Shown: one piece after another, positions 13,526-25,623 of the stretch
Numbering within the stretch: the first letter of the stretch is position 1
Layout of the letters: each line of letters starts with the position of its first letter
DNA from: Lama glama
Taxonomy: Eukaryota
NCBI GenBank assembly: GCA_028534125.1
Contig: CM052817.1
Coordinates: 21,888,001 to 21,952,000, forward strand
DNA length: 64,000 nucleotides
Direction of reading: 5' to 3'
Made by a program: the position numbers and the translations under genes
The notes under the pieces: model-generated
Database searches by the model: none
What the model was told of the DNA's origin: nothing
Seen by the model: the letters and a program-made list of their open reading frames with translations, nothing else

Positions 13526-14169
13526 TGATTACTGCTGGTCAGCTTCTCCACAGTCTTCTGCACACAGATTGTATACAAATGCCTTGTTTTCTCATTTGCC
13601 AAAGTCTGTCCTGTATCAGTTGCAAAACACTTTGAATAGATGTAAATGCCTGTAGCCACAATCTTGGACACATCAGATATTCAATACTGTCTAAACATGG
13701 TACTTAAATATAATAGCAATTATTATTTTACTCTACACACATAGAAAGGACTCTTTGAGGTAAATCTCTCATCAGGAAAAAACTGCATGCATCAAGACAT
13801 AGAGTTTTAATAAGTAATATTTGCTTTAATTTATATATTACTAGTGATTTATCACATAGTGTTATTCACTGAATATTTTTAGTCTATCAGGCATCATTTC
13901 AGACACATGCCCAGGCATTGGCTGCGATGACTGCCTAGTGAAACGTTCACAAAATTTTCATTGTGAAAATTACAAACAGTCATTGTGAAATGAAGCCACT
14001 CAAAATACTAATCCCTATATTTATCTGAGTTTCATTATGTACTAACTTAAAACAAAATGAAAGAAAAGTATAATTGCTTTGTCTTCCATTAGTTGGAAGG
14101 ATAGTAGAAAAACAGTATTTAGTTTAGAACTGCTGACCCCAAAATTGATTAGTTCTTAATCATGGATAA

Positions 14170-14420
14170 TAATGAATTATTTAAAACCTGTTGAGCCCTC
14201 ATCATATGTCAAGCCCTATTAAGTACTGTATTATGTAGTGCATATGACATTTTTATTTAATTTTCAGTCTATGACATAGATAAAATTAATTTTCCCACTT
14301 CACATATAAGAAAACTTATGTTTCAGAAATATACCATACTTGTCCAGGGTTCTATGATTATGAGTGAGTAAATGAGATTTGAATCTTGGTATCCCTGACA
14401 TGAAAAAAATGCTATTTTCT
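14170..14420 (-). mobile_element. MIR SINE
   Basis: ttgagccctcatcatatgtcaagcc...cccacttcacatataagaaaact...acttgtccagggt...gagatttgaatc. Confidence 0.65.
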
Positions 14421-14809
14421 GCTATGTGTTAACTGTCTCTCCATGTAATACATACAGTATTGCTTTGTAATATTAAACTTACTTTTTTAAAATAGTAACT
14501 AAATTAAGGATATCTTTCATTTGTTGTTAAAAAAAGGCAAATTATTTTCTTGTATCAATTTCTTCATACTAAAAAACAATTTGAGGACATTTCAGTAAAA
14601 ATGTAAAGTGAGTTCATGCTATTTTCTCCTCCCCCTCTGAGACTACAGTAAGATGAGTACAGAAACATATAAACTCAAAACAATAAATAAGAAGAGAGCT
14701 GACACCATCAGAAGACAGGCAATATCAATGGATTTCTTTTAGTGGGAAAGTAAATGAAACATTTTTGTTAATGAAACTTAGGAAATTTCATCTCTATGAA
14801 AAACAACTT

Positions 14810-15630
14810 ATCTACCTTTCCAGTTGTGAGGCCAAAAACCTTGTTATTTTCCAATCTTCTCTTTATCTCATGCCATACATCCAATATCTCATCAAATCCT
14901 AAATTTAAATATATCTCAAATTCCAGTGTCTCTTCTCACTTCCCTCACTACTACCATCATCCAAGCTATTATCTTCTCTTGGCTAGATGATTGCAGTCAC
15001 TTCCAGTTGATCTCCCAGTCTCCACCACCCTTGCTCCCTAGAGTCAGCCTGCTCACAACACAGCAATCTGTATAATCCTGTTAAATGTATGGCACATTAT
15101 ATCATTTCTCTGCTCAAACCCTCCAGTGACTTTCCTTTTCTGTCAAAGTAAAAGGCAATATATATCCTTGCAGTGGCCTGCAAAGCCCTTCAAAATATAG
15201 TCTCCAACTGTCTCCACTACAGAACCCTTTACAGTGCAATCCCCCATAATTCTTTCAGTCTTAGCCACCATGTCCTGTCTGTTGGTTTTCAAACACAATA
15301 AAATGCTCCTAACACCGAATTTTTCACTTTTTCTTCTTCCTGTGTGAACATCTCTCCCTCCCTCACTGCCATTATCTATTTCTTAGTGAGTTCTTCACTG
15401 AACAAGCTACCCTATCTTCTGCATTTCATGTTTCCTTTCTTTGCTTTACATTGCTCCATAGAATTTAACACATTTAAATATGTTTTATGACATATTTATT
15501 TTAGTTTTTGCCTGCCCACTCCCATGAGACTTCATGTTTCATAGGGGCAGTCATTTTGTCAGATATATTCAGTGCTCTTTCCCATCACATTAAGCTTTTG
15601 CTGATTTCTCAGCAAACATTTATTGCTGTG
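14810..15630 (+). mobile_element. L2 (L2a-like) 3' fragment
   Basis: ggccaaaaacctt..., catttctctgctcaaaccctccagtgactttcc, ggcctgcaaagccctt, ending cagcaaacatttattg. Confidence 0.85.
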
Positions 15631-15730
15631 ACAGACTAATATGAAATTCATGTATATACACATCTCTATGGTGAACATAGCAGTGTAAAAGGTGTTTGCA
15701 TGGTTGGCAAAACCCTAAAGATTTCCAGAT

Positions 15731-16992
15731 AATTTAAGTTAGAATACTCCCTCACACCATACACAAAAATAAACTCAAAATAGTTTAAAGACTTAAATAC
15801 AAGACAAAATACTATAAACCTCTTAGAAGAAAACATAGGCAAATATGATCTGACCTAAATCTCAGCAGTGTTCTCCTAGGGACCTAATTAAACTTATAAG
15901 CATTTGCAAAGCAAAGGAAACCAAAACAAAAAGAACCTACAGAAAGGTAGGAAATATTTGCAAACAGTGGGACAAGGGCTTGATTTCTAGAATGTATAAA
16001 TAGCTCATACAACCTAATAAGAAAAAAACAAACAGCACAATGCAAAACTGAGCGGAAGACGTAAACAAGCAATTCTCCAGTGAAGACATACAAATGGCCA
16101 ATAGGCACATGATAAAATGCTCAATATTGCTAATTATCAGAGAAATGCAAATCAAAGCTACAGTGAGGGTTCACCTCACACCAGTGAGAATGGCTGTCAT
16201 TCAAAAATCCACAAGTGGTAAATGCTGGAGAGGGTGTGGAGAAGAGAAAGCCCTCCTACACTGTTGGTGGGAATGTAGTTTAGTGCAGCTGTTATGGAAA
16301 ATAGTATGCAGATTCCTCAAGAGACTAAAAACAAACTTACCATATGATCTAGCAATCCCGCTCCTGGGCATATATCCAGAGAGAACCTTAATTCAAAAAG
16401 ATACATGCACCTCAATGTTCATAGCAGCACTGTTTATAATAGCCAAGGTATGGAAAGATCCTAAATGTCCATCAACAGATGACTGGATAAAGAAGTTGTG
16501 GTATATTTTTACAATGGAATACTACTCAGCTGTAAAAAATAATAAAATAATACCATTTACAGTAACATGGATTGACTTGAAGAATGTCATTCTAATTGAA
16601 ATAAGCCAGAAAAATAAAGAAATATACCATATGGACATCACTTGTATGTGGAATAAAAAAAAAAAAAGACAAACACACTTATTTCCAAACAGAAACAGAC
16701 TCACAGACATAGAAAACAAACTTATGGTTACCAGAAGGGAAAGTGGCAAGGGATAAATTGGGAGTTCAAGATCTGCAAATACTAATATATATAAAATCGA
16801 TAAATAATAAATTCATACTGTATAGTGCAAGGAACTATATTCAATATCTTGCAGTGACTTGTGGTGAAAAAATATGAAAGCAAATATATGTGTGTTCATG
16901 TATGACTGACTCATTGTGCTGTACATGAGATTCATACAACATTGTAAACTGACTATACTTCAATAAAAAATATATATATTTACCAAAAAAAA
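15731..16992 (+). mobile_element. 5'-truncated LINE-1 (camelid-type, subfamily 2), ORF2 C-terminus plus 3' UTR
   Basis: ORF 16094-16756 [21 protein letters not shown]...HCWWEC...[16 protein letters not shown] near 16962 and A-rich tail. Confidence 0.95.
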
Positions 16993-16994
16993 CC

Positions 16995-17130
16995 AGTTCC
17001 ATCCTAGGACACATTTCAGGTATGAAATATTCAAACTTCAAGGTCAAATAGAAAAGCTGAATATCTGTCAGCAATGGAAAACAACTAACAAACAAATCAA
17101 GGATGATAAATCAGATTTGCATCTATTTCC
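16995..17130 (+). mobile_element. Old L1M ORF1 fragment
   Basis: cctaggacacatt...tgaaatattcaaacttcaaggtcaaatagaaaa...atcagatttgcatc resembles the ORF1 region of old L1. Confidence 0.5.
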
Positions 17131-17609
17131 TATTTAAACTGATCTTATAAAATATGAGTATAACCACTAAAAGAATAAAAAATTGGAAATATTTAAAAAT
17201 GTACCTGCTGAAGAGCAGAAAAGATTGAAAAAGAAAATGAGAATCTACATTTAAAGGGTACTCCTTTGGCTATTAATTAACTGTCATTTGTGGCAAAACA
17301 TTTACATTCAATGGATTTTAGTTTCATTATCTCAGTTTTGATGGTTCTGTCCTTTCTGTGGTTCTGTTTTTTTTTTGTTTTTTTTTAAACACAACTGCTT
17401 TATTCATTATGGAGAAAATTAATTCTGGTTTGATAATTCTTATATTATTCTTTGCAAATCATAAAATTAAAATATTATTACAGAATTAAAACCCCAACTT
17501 TTCAGATTTTCTTCAGAGAAACATATGCAGTGGTTATCCTTGTTACGTCTTAATCTTCTTATTAACTGAGTTTTTTCTTGTCATTTTTGTCCTAATCTTT
17601 GGAGTATCA

Positions 17610-18620
17610 GTTCATCTCTTTTCACCCAGAATGTAATCCAACTGCTAGTAATTGCCTTCTGGACATTTCTGATCTAAATATTTTATCAATATTTTCTGCC
17701 TTAATGTATTTAAAACTACACCTTCTTTCTACCCCAAGCTGAGGCCTTCTCCTGTTGTTGCTCCTTCCGTCAACAACATGGTTATTTTCTGAGTATTCAA
17801 GACATCTATGTTTACTTTTTTGACTTTTTGTTCTTCTTTCCAAACACAGTTATTTCTTTATTTGGTTCATATTTACCATGAGCTTAGCATTTCACTGATA
17901 TAAAGATACAGAAGTGAAAGGCAGAATCTCTGTTCACTAGACATTCTCTATTTTTTGTAGATCAATATGTAGATAATTACCATACAATAAACTGAATATT
18001 GAGTAAACAATAAATCAATTTGTATTAAAGCAGTGTATGATCATAAAAGAAGTAGGGATTGTCTTTATTCCTACGAGAATATCACATATATTATCCCATT
18101 TAATCTCCCAGGTCACCATCAGAGTAGACTTTTTGCAAAATTGTTCTTAGATCAACTACATCTGCTATTAAAACTTCAGGGATTTAATTTTGCCATGAGA
18201 ATAGAATAAAATTGTATATTGAATATTCAAAACACCTATGGTCTGGCTCTTTTGCCCAAGCCATATTTCCCACTATTTCCTCACTAAAAATTATACATGA
18301 GATTTATTGAAATACTAGCCTTTTTTTCTAATCCTCATTCTTGTCTTTATCCATATATTCTCTCACTCTGTTTTATTAACTATCAGTAGTTTATCTTTCA
18401 AGAATTATTAAAATCAATGAACTGCTAAAGTTCTCCCTGCTTATAATAATAAGAAATAATCTATTCCTTCTCTTAACTTGCATAGTGGTTTATATGCATC
18501 ATTCCTTACATGCTTATCACGTTACTTTTTGGCATATTTTATTATACATATTTTCTTTCCTACAAAGTATTGTCTCCTGTAAGTAGATACCATTCCCTGC
18601 ATCTCCTCAAATAAATATTT
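17610..18620. mobile_element. Cluster of diverged L2 fragments in both orientations
   Basis: atccaactgc...ctggacatttc (17635-17670) and ctgctattaaaacttcagggatt (18162) are L2-like; antisense piece at about 17880-18050. Confidence 0.5.
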
Positions 18621-19544
18621 CTACTTAAAGACTTGATCAAAATCTCTTTCCCAAGCTTGAAACACACAACACTAACTGTGATTTAATTATTCTTTCTCAT
18701 ATTATGGCTTAAAAAGTGGAAATAGCAAATTGTGATTTTTAACTATTGTTCTCATTTAAGTAAAACCACAAGCTGGGTTCAGCCATCTGAATAAAAGATA
18801 AATTTCACATTATTGCAACAGCTGAAATATATAATGCTTAAAAAGGGAAATCTTTACAAATATAGTATTCCTCTGCTATTTCTTTCATTTGTTAAAAAGA
18901 GAGAAACCTGTTCACTGACCATATTTTACTTCAGTGAGGCGATGGGACTACAGTTGAGCCCAACCATGGCCAGTCATTTCTGCTATGAAAAGTGGGCAAT
19001 ACACTTTCCCCCAAATCAGTGTCCAATTTGTAGACAAAATCTTTAGGTCCATTCCTGCCTATTAATCCTGCAACTATTCCTGCCAGATAGTTCTGCTGTG
19101 GAAAGAAATGAATGTTTCCCAAGGGGTCGTTGGAGCCACATAGGTAAGGGGTAAACCTGAATGTAATTTAAACATTATTTGAGGTAGATTAAAAGGAGGC
19201 AGTAGAATAATACCTTCATACCACTAAGTTTTTCTTTGTCATTTCTGTCTAATTTAATAGAATCAAAATTAGGCTTATTTCAGTTATGGAACTTCACATC
19301 TGATATTTTTCAATTATCCAACCCAAGCACCAGCATAGCACTTTGTAAGTCAAGTGACACCACTTAATTTGATAATTAAAAATAAATTTAAAAAATGTTT
19401 TTGTTTCTATATGAATTTTTCCTGTTTATCATATTTAGATTGATAAAATACTATTGCTTTTAGGCAAAGACCATACTGATTTCTCTCATTTTTCTTTAAT
19501 TCATCGTAGTGATTTCTTTTTTTTATTTATATTTAGTAATTTTC

Positions 19545-21138
19545 TTAACATTTTTTATTGATTTGTAGTCAGTTTACAATGTTGTGTCAAATTCCAGTGT
19601 AGAGCACAATGTTTCAATTATACATGAACATATATATATTCATTGTCACATTTTTTTCTCTGTGAGGTACCAGAAGATCTTGTGTATATTTCCCTGTGCT
19701 TTACCATATAATGTTTATTCTACAATTTTGAAATCCCATCTATCCCTTCCCACCCTCCACCCCCTTGGCAACCACAAGTTTGTATTCTATGTCTATGAGT
19801 CTATCTCTGTTTTGTATTTATGCTTTGTTTTTTTGTTTTTGTTTTTTAGATTCCACATATGAGCGATCTCATACGGTATTTTTCTTTCTCTTTCTGGCTT
19901 ACTTCACTTAGAATGACATTCTTCAGGAGCATCCATGTTCCTGCAAATGGCGTTATGTTGTCAGTTTCTATGGCTGAGTAGTATTCCATTGTGTAAATAT
20001 ATGACATCTTCTTTTTCCAGTCATCCGTTGATGGACATTTAGGCTGTTTCCATGTCTTGGCTATTGTAAATAGTGCTGCTATGAACATTGGGGTGCAGGT
20101 GTCATCCTGAAGTAGGGTTCCTTCAGGATATAAGCCCAGGAGCGGGATTCCTGGGTCATACGGTAAGTCTATTCCTAATCTTTTGAGGAATCTCCATACT
20201 GTTTTCCACAGTGGCTGCACCAAACTGCATTCNNNNNNNNNNNNNNNNNNNNNNNNNNNNNNNNNNNNNNNNNNNNNNNNNNNNNNNNNNNNNNNNNNNN
20301 NNNNNNNNNNNNNNNNNNNNNNNNNNNNNNNNNNNNNNNNNNNNNNNNNNNNNNNNNNNNNNNNNNNNNNNNNNNNNNNNNNNNNNNNNNNNNNNNNNNN
20401 NNNNNNNNNNNNNNNNNNNNNNNNNNNNNNNNNNNNNNNNNNNNNNNNNNNNNNNNNNNNNNNNNNNNNNNNNNNNNNNNNNNNNNNNNNNNNNNNNNNN
20501 NNNNNNNNNNNNNNNNNNNNNNNNNNNNNNNNNNNNNNNNNNNNNNNNNNNNNNNNNNNNNNNNNNNNNNNNNNNNNNNNNNNNNNNNNNNNNNNNNNNN
20601 NNNNNNNNNNNNNNNNNNNNNNNNNNNNNNNNNNNNNNNNNNNNNNNNNNNNNNNNNNNNNNNNNNNNNNNNNNNNNNNNNNNNNNNNNNNNNNNNNNNN
20701 NNNNNNNNNNNNNNNNNNNNNNNNNNNNNNNNGTCTTCCTTGGAGAATTGCTTGTTTAGTTCTTCTGCCAATTTTTGGATTGGGTTGTTTGGTTGTTTCT
20801 TATTAAGTCGTATGAGCTGCTTATATATTCTGGAGATCAAGCCTTTGTCGGTTTCATTTGCAAAGATTTTCTCCCATTCCATAGGTTGTCTTTTTGTTTT
20901 ACTTATGGTTTCCTTTGCTGTGCAGAAGCTTGTAAGTTTCATTAGGTCCCATTTGTTTATTTGTGCTTTTATTTCTTCTAGGAGAAAATTTTTGAGATGT
21001 ATGTCAGATAATGTTTTGCTTATATTCTCCTCTAGGAGGTTTATTGTATCTTGTCTTATGTTTAAGTCTTTGGTCCATTTTGAGTTGATTTTTGTGTATG
21101 GTGTAAGGGAGTGTTCTAGCTTCATTGTTTTACATGCT
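19545..21138 (-). mobile_element. Young 5'-truncated LINE-1 (camelid-type, subfamily 1) with internal gap
   Basis: Open ORF2 frames either side of the gap: [16 protein letters not shown]...NKQFSKED and [15 protein letters not shown]...RSLICGI*; complete 3' UTR and T-rich tail. Confidence 0.97.
20233..20732. other. Assembly gap (500 N) inside L1
   Basis: Run of N. Confidence 1.
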
Positions 21139-21584
21139 ATTGAAAAAAGAAATGATGAATTTATTTTTCTTTTTTGTCTACACATGTTCAAAGTCTAACA
21201 GAGTGTATGACCCTCACACACACACTGCCTCTTTCTCTGTCCCTCTGTAATATATATGTCTGTGTGAATCTGTATGTGTATGTAATGTGTGCGTATTTGA
21301 TAGAAACACACTATATGACCCTGAGAAAAGCAAGAAGCAAAGGCACAGAGACACAGAAGAAATAGCACGAGATACACATTAGACATTAAAAGAAGTCTTG
21401 GTGGACCCTGAAAAGAAGTCTAAGTTACATAAAAGCTGCTTTGGTCACACTTTGCATGCATACTTGGATTGTAGTCTTCAGAGGCTCTCATTGCCTATTT
21501 GGTGTGCTTTGGAAATGCTAATAACATCTTAGAGTCTTCAGTCCATTTGGTACCTGAAGGGCATAAAAGAATTCACTTTCAATG

Positions 21585-22131
21585 ACAAGACATGGAAACA
21601 GCCTACATGTCCATCAACAGATGACTGAATAAAGAAGTAGTATGTATATACAATGGAATACTATTCAGCCATAAAAACTAACAACATAATGCCATTTTCA
21701 GCAACATGGATGCTCCTGGAGAATGTCATTCTAAGTGAAGTAAGCCAGAAAGAGAAAGAAAAATACCATATGAGATAGCTCATGTGTGGAATCTAAAAAA
21801 AAAAAAAAAAAAAAAAAGAAGAATATAAATACAAAACAGAAGCAGACATATAGACATAGAACAAAAACTCGTGGTTGTTAAGGGGGTGGGGAGTGGGAAG
21901 GGACAGACTGGAATTTCAAAATTTGCAGGTACTGACAGACATATGCAGAACAGATAAATAAGATTATACTGTATAGCACAGGGAAATATATACAAGATCT
22001 TGTGGTAGCTCACAGCGAAAAAAATGTGACAATGAATATATGTATGTTCATGTATAATTGAAAAGTTGTGCTCTACACTGGAATTCGACACAACATTGTA
22101 AAATGAATATAACTCAATAAAAATGTTAAAA
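21585..22131 (+). mobile_element. Young LINE-1 3' end (subfamily 1) with target-site duplication
   Basis: Reverse-complement match to 19548-20060; imperfect TSD aaaagaattcactttcaa (21565-21582) / aagagaattaattttcaa (22132-22149), 15/18 identical. Confidence 0.95.
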
Positions 22132-22714
22132 AAGAGAATTAATTTTCAAACTGCACAGTTCAGTTTTGAATAAAAGTTTATTCTGTATGGAATCAAGGTG
22201 TTTTTGTACAAGTGGGCAGTGGGGCATATTTTTAAATCTCCTTCGGCCACATATATGTTGGTTGATTCACCAGCTGTGCCAGTCCCTTTGAAATGCAAAG
22301 TTGTCTGCCTTTTTTTTGTTTAAAGATTAGGGCAATCTCATTCTGTAATGCTTGAGAGCTACATTGAAACTGGCATTAATTCCATTATTATGAGCTATTT
22401 TTCCAAATCAAGTTCAGTTATTTTTCTCATGTAGGGATAATGGACAGTATGATCTAAGAATAAAACTGTGTAAATTAAAACATTGCAAGAATTAAGTCTG
22501 TTTTACCATAAAATAGAAATAACCGTTGCTTGTTCTTTAAGAGCCTTCTTTAATCTTCCAGACAATAAATAAAATGTCCACAGCAATCTGGGTGAGGTAT
22601 GTGTGTGTATTCATGTGTGCTTTTGTGTAACTCACACAATGTGGGGCTTTATTTTCTGAGATACATCGCTCTATATTTACCTCAGTCTAAGAAAAGTTCA
22701 TTTTTCCCTAGTGC

Positions 22715-23040
22715 ATGCATTCATTTATTTATTCAAATAGCATATAAATTGAAATAAACTAAGTAAAAAGGAGAGGACATGATGCTAATATCTCAAATTT
22801 TAGCCAGGAAAAAAATTGGCAAAAAGTTAAGTGATTTTATAATGCAGTGTAATGCTTCATGCAATACTGTTGTGCCACGGCCTTCTTGACAGAAAGAAAT
22901 AAAGGACTTTGACTGTGTGAATCTGGGAAGATATCATAGAAAATTTAGTAGTCAAAATAGGCTGTAAAAGATAAGGAGGATTTCACCTGTAAGAGTTACG
23001 AGGAAAGAACTTGTTGGGAAAATAATTCTAGTGAATAAAG
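22715..23040 (-). mobile_element. L2 fragment
   Basis: cattcatttatttattcaaatag start; ggctgtaaaagataaggaggatttcacctg. Confidence 0.5.
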
Positions 23041-23109
23041 AACGTATATTTTCCATTAGAAAATAATCTTTCTCCATTTTGTATTTTGTCTAACAATTCA
23101 TAAAAACGT

Positions 23110-23370
23110 GTTAAGGCCTGAGGACTAGCAAGGGTGGAAACATGACCCAGGCTAGGCCAATCTGAATCTATTTCCCTGCAACTTGAATGCTAATCATAAC
23201 AACTCAAGGTAAAAAGGATAGAAGGTGATTCATCCTGAAAATAATTCTAAGATAAGACCTTACATCAGCTTGTGCTAATTAGATTGCCAGAAAGCCTCTG
23301 GTTTCTATTGTTTGCAAAGCCAGATTCTGTTTAACTACAATTTAGTGACATACCCAGTATTTTTCCTTGT
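23110..23370 (+). mobile_element. Old ERVL/MaLR LTR fragment (LTR16/MLT1K-like)
   Basis: catgacccaggctaggccaatctgaatc motif. Confidence 0.45.
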
Positions 23371-23389
23371 CACTTATATATGAAAAAGA

Positions 23390-24300
23390 AATGAACGGAA
23401 ATACTTAAAAAGTAAAGAGAAACTTTGAAGAATTACTTCAAAAATATAAATCAGCAGGCTAGATAGAGCTGAGGAATAATCAGTGAATTTGAAGAGAGCT
23501 AAATAAAAATTATTGAAACTGAAAAAGAAAAAAAGATTGAAAATATATATGATAGAAATAAATATCAAGTGATATAACATATGAAATTGAAAGTCTCTGA
23601 GAAAACAGATAAAACAGGATAGAAGAAATATTTAGAGAGATAAAGGCTTGTGATTTTCAAAAATTAATGAAATTCAGTAGCCCACATAACCAAGAAGCTC
23701 AGCAAACTCAAATGAGATTAAAAAAAAAACATAAACAGAAAACAACAAATCAAAAAATAAAACATGTAGATACATCATATTCATTCAGTTGAAAAGGGAA
23801 TCTCTTTAAGACATCCATAGGGGACAGGGAATTGTATTCTAAAGAAAAAAAATTATAAGTACAAGATGAAAGATAAGGGAACCAGATGTTTCTATTCTGA
23901 AAGAAAAAAATACTTAACCCCAGAATTCTATACCTGGTGAAAATAGTTTGTTTTTTTTTTCCAGAATGAAAGTAAAATAAAGACTTTACTTTGAGAATCA
24001 AACCTGACAGAATCTACTGCCAGTAGATATGCAACATAAGAAAAGTTGAAGTTCTTCAGAAAAAACACTGTGATACCAAATGAAAATTTACATCTACATA
24101 AATAAAGAATATAAGGCTAAATATAAAAGTCATTTTTTCTGTTATTTAAAGCAAAAAGTCTAACAATGTGTTAAGTCTATTATGTGTTACAAAAGTAAAA
24201 CATTGGTAACATAAAGAATGGATGGGACAACATGAAAATATATATTATAAAGTTCCCACTATATGTTAACTGGCTATATGAAGGTGGACTGTGATAAATA
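23390..24300 (+). mobile_element. Old L1M ORF1 region, degraded
   Basis: agcaggctagatagagctgaggaataatcagtgaatttgaaga; ccaagaagctcagcaaactc; aaccccagaattctatacctggtgaaaata. Confidence 0.8.
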
Positions 24301-24399
24301 AAAATATCAAAGAACAAATGAAATAAAAAAGCAACAAATACGTGAGCAACAAATAAGAGGAATTTAAAATTAAAAACAAAACTATTTACATTGCTGCTT

Positions 24400-24820
24400 A
24401 AAAAGTTACTCTGGTGTAAATCAAACAAAACATGTATAAGATATATATGAGGAAAAGTATAAAACTCTGATGAAAGAAATCAAAGAGGTAAATAAATGAG
24501 ATATTCCATGGTCATGGATAGACAGACTCAATATTGTCAAAATGGCATTTCTTCCCAAATCCATCTATAATTTGAATACAGTCCCATTCACAGTCCCTGA
24601 AAATTATGTTCTCGATATCCACAAACTGATTCTCAGTCTATATGGAAAGGCAAAAGGCCCAGAATAGCCAACGTGGTATTGAGGGAGAAGAGCAAAGTGG
24701 GAGGACTGACCTACCCACCGTTATGAAAGCTGCAGTCTGAAGTTACAATCAGCAAGACAGTGTAGATTGGTGGAATAACAGACAAATATAATAACATGCC
24801 AGGAAGGCCAGAAAAAGACC
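24400..24820 (+). mobile_element. Old L1M ORF2 fragment
   Basis: gatattccatggtcatggatagacagactcaatattgtcaaaatgg (IPWSWIDRLNIVKM) and ggcaaaaggcccagaatagccaa. Confidence 0.85.
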
Positions 24821-25110
24821 ATTTTTTCCTTTTCATCCAGCTCCATCTGGTTTGAGATTTTAGCAGTTCTACTGATTTGAGTTTTCCATTATCTCCAAAG
24901 TGAACATTAACTTTTTTAAAGAAAATAAAAAAATACAAAAAAATAAAATATTATGTACGTGATTGTGGAAAGCAGTTATTGTTTGATGTGGGATGTGAGG
25001 GCAAAAGTGTCTAGAACTAAGGATGGTTAGAAGACAGATGCTTGTGATTCCCTACTAAGGGGTGAACTTACTGAGTCATTTTCTCAGCAAAGGGCTATAT
25101 GGGCAACTGG

Positions 25111-25140
25111 CAAAAACAAAAACAAAAACAAAAACAAAAC
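25111..25140 (+). repeat. (CAAAAA)n simple repeat
   Basis: caaaaacaaaaacaaaaacaaaaacaaaac. Confidence 0.9.
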
Positions 25141-25576
25141 TCATCTATAACTGCCTGTTTTCAGGGGATGAAACAGTCTTTGGCAGGACTTGGTGACCAG
25201 TATAGGTCTAAAAAAATAAAATTCAAGAGTATAGAAATTTAAAGTCCCTGGATGTTCAGACAACCCAAGGAGTCACTGAGGAGAAAGTAAAAATGCTGAA
25301 ATGTTTCATGAAAATTTTTCTCATGGCAGTTGGAGCACAGACTCAGATTTAGTTTGTTTTTGGAAAAAATGTGGTGATGTGATACAAATATAATGATAAG
25401 CATTTACTTGTCATTACAGAAAGTAGGACACAGTAGCTTTATGTTTTCAAATGGATCCCCTTCACTAAAAAAGGAGAGAAAGAATTGCAGCATGTTTTAA
25501 AATCTGAAGTTCCTCTCATTCTCCATCTCTCTTCTACCACTTAAAGAACTGTTCTGAATAATTTCAATCATCCTGA

Positions 25577-25584
25577 TACACACA

Positions 25585-25621
<37 letters not shown>
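25577..25621 (+). repeat. (CA)n microsatellite
   Basis: Direct reading. Confidence 0.98.

Positions 25622-25623
<2 letters not shown>

Noticed and set aside
16094..16756. 220-aa ORF as a host gene
   Set aside because: It is the C-terminus of L1 ORF2 in a 5'-truncated copy, reading through into the 3' UTR.
19498..21161. Apparent inverted match between the L1 flanks (aattcatc..atttctttttt vs aaaaaagaaatgatgaatt)
   Set aside because: Needs a 6-nt gap and is low-complexity AT-rich sequence; chance is likely.
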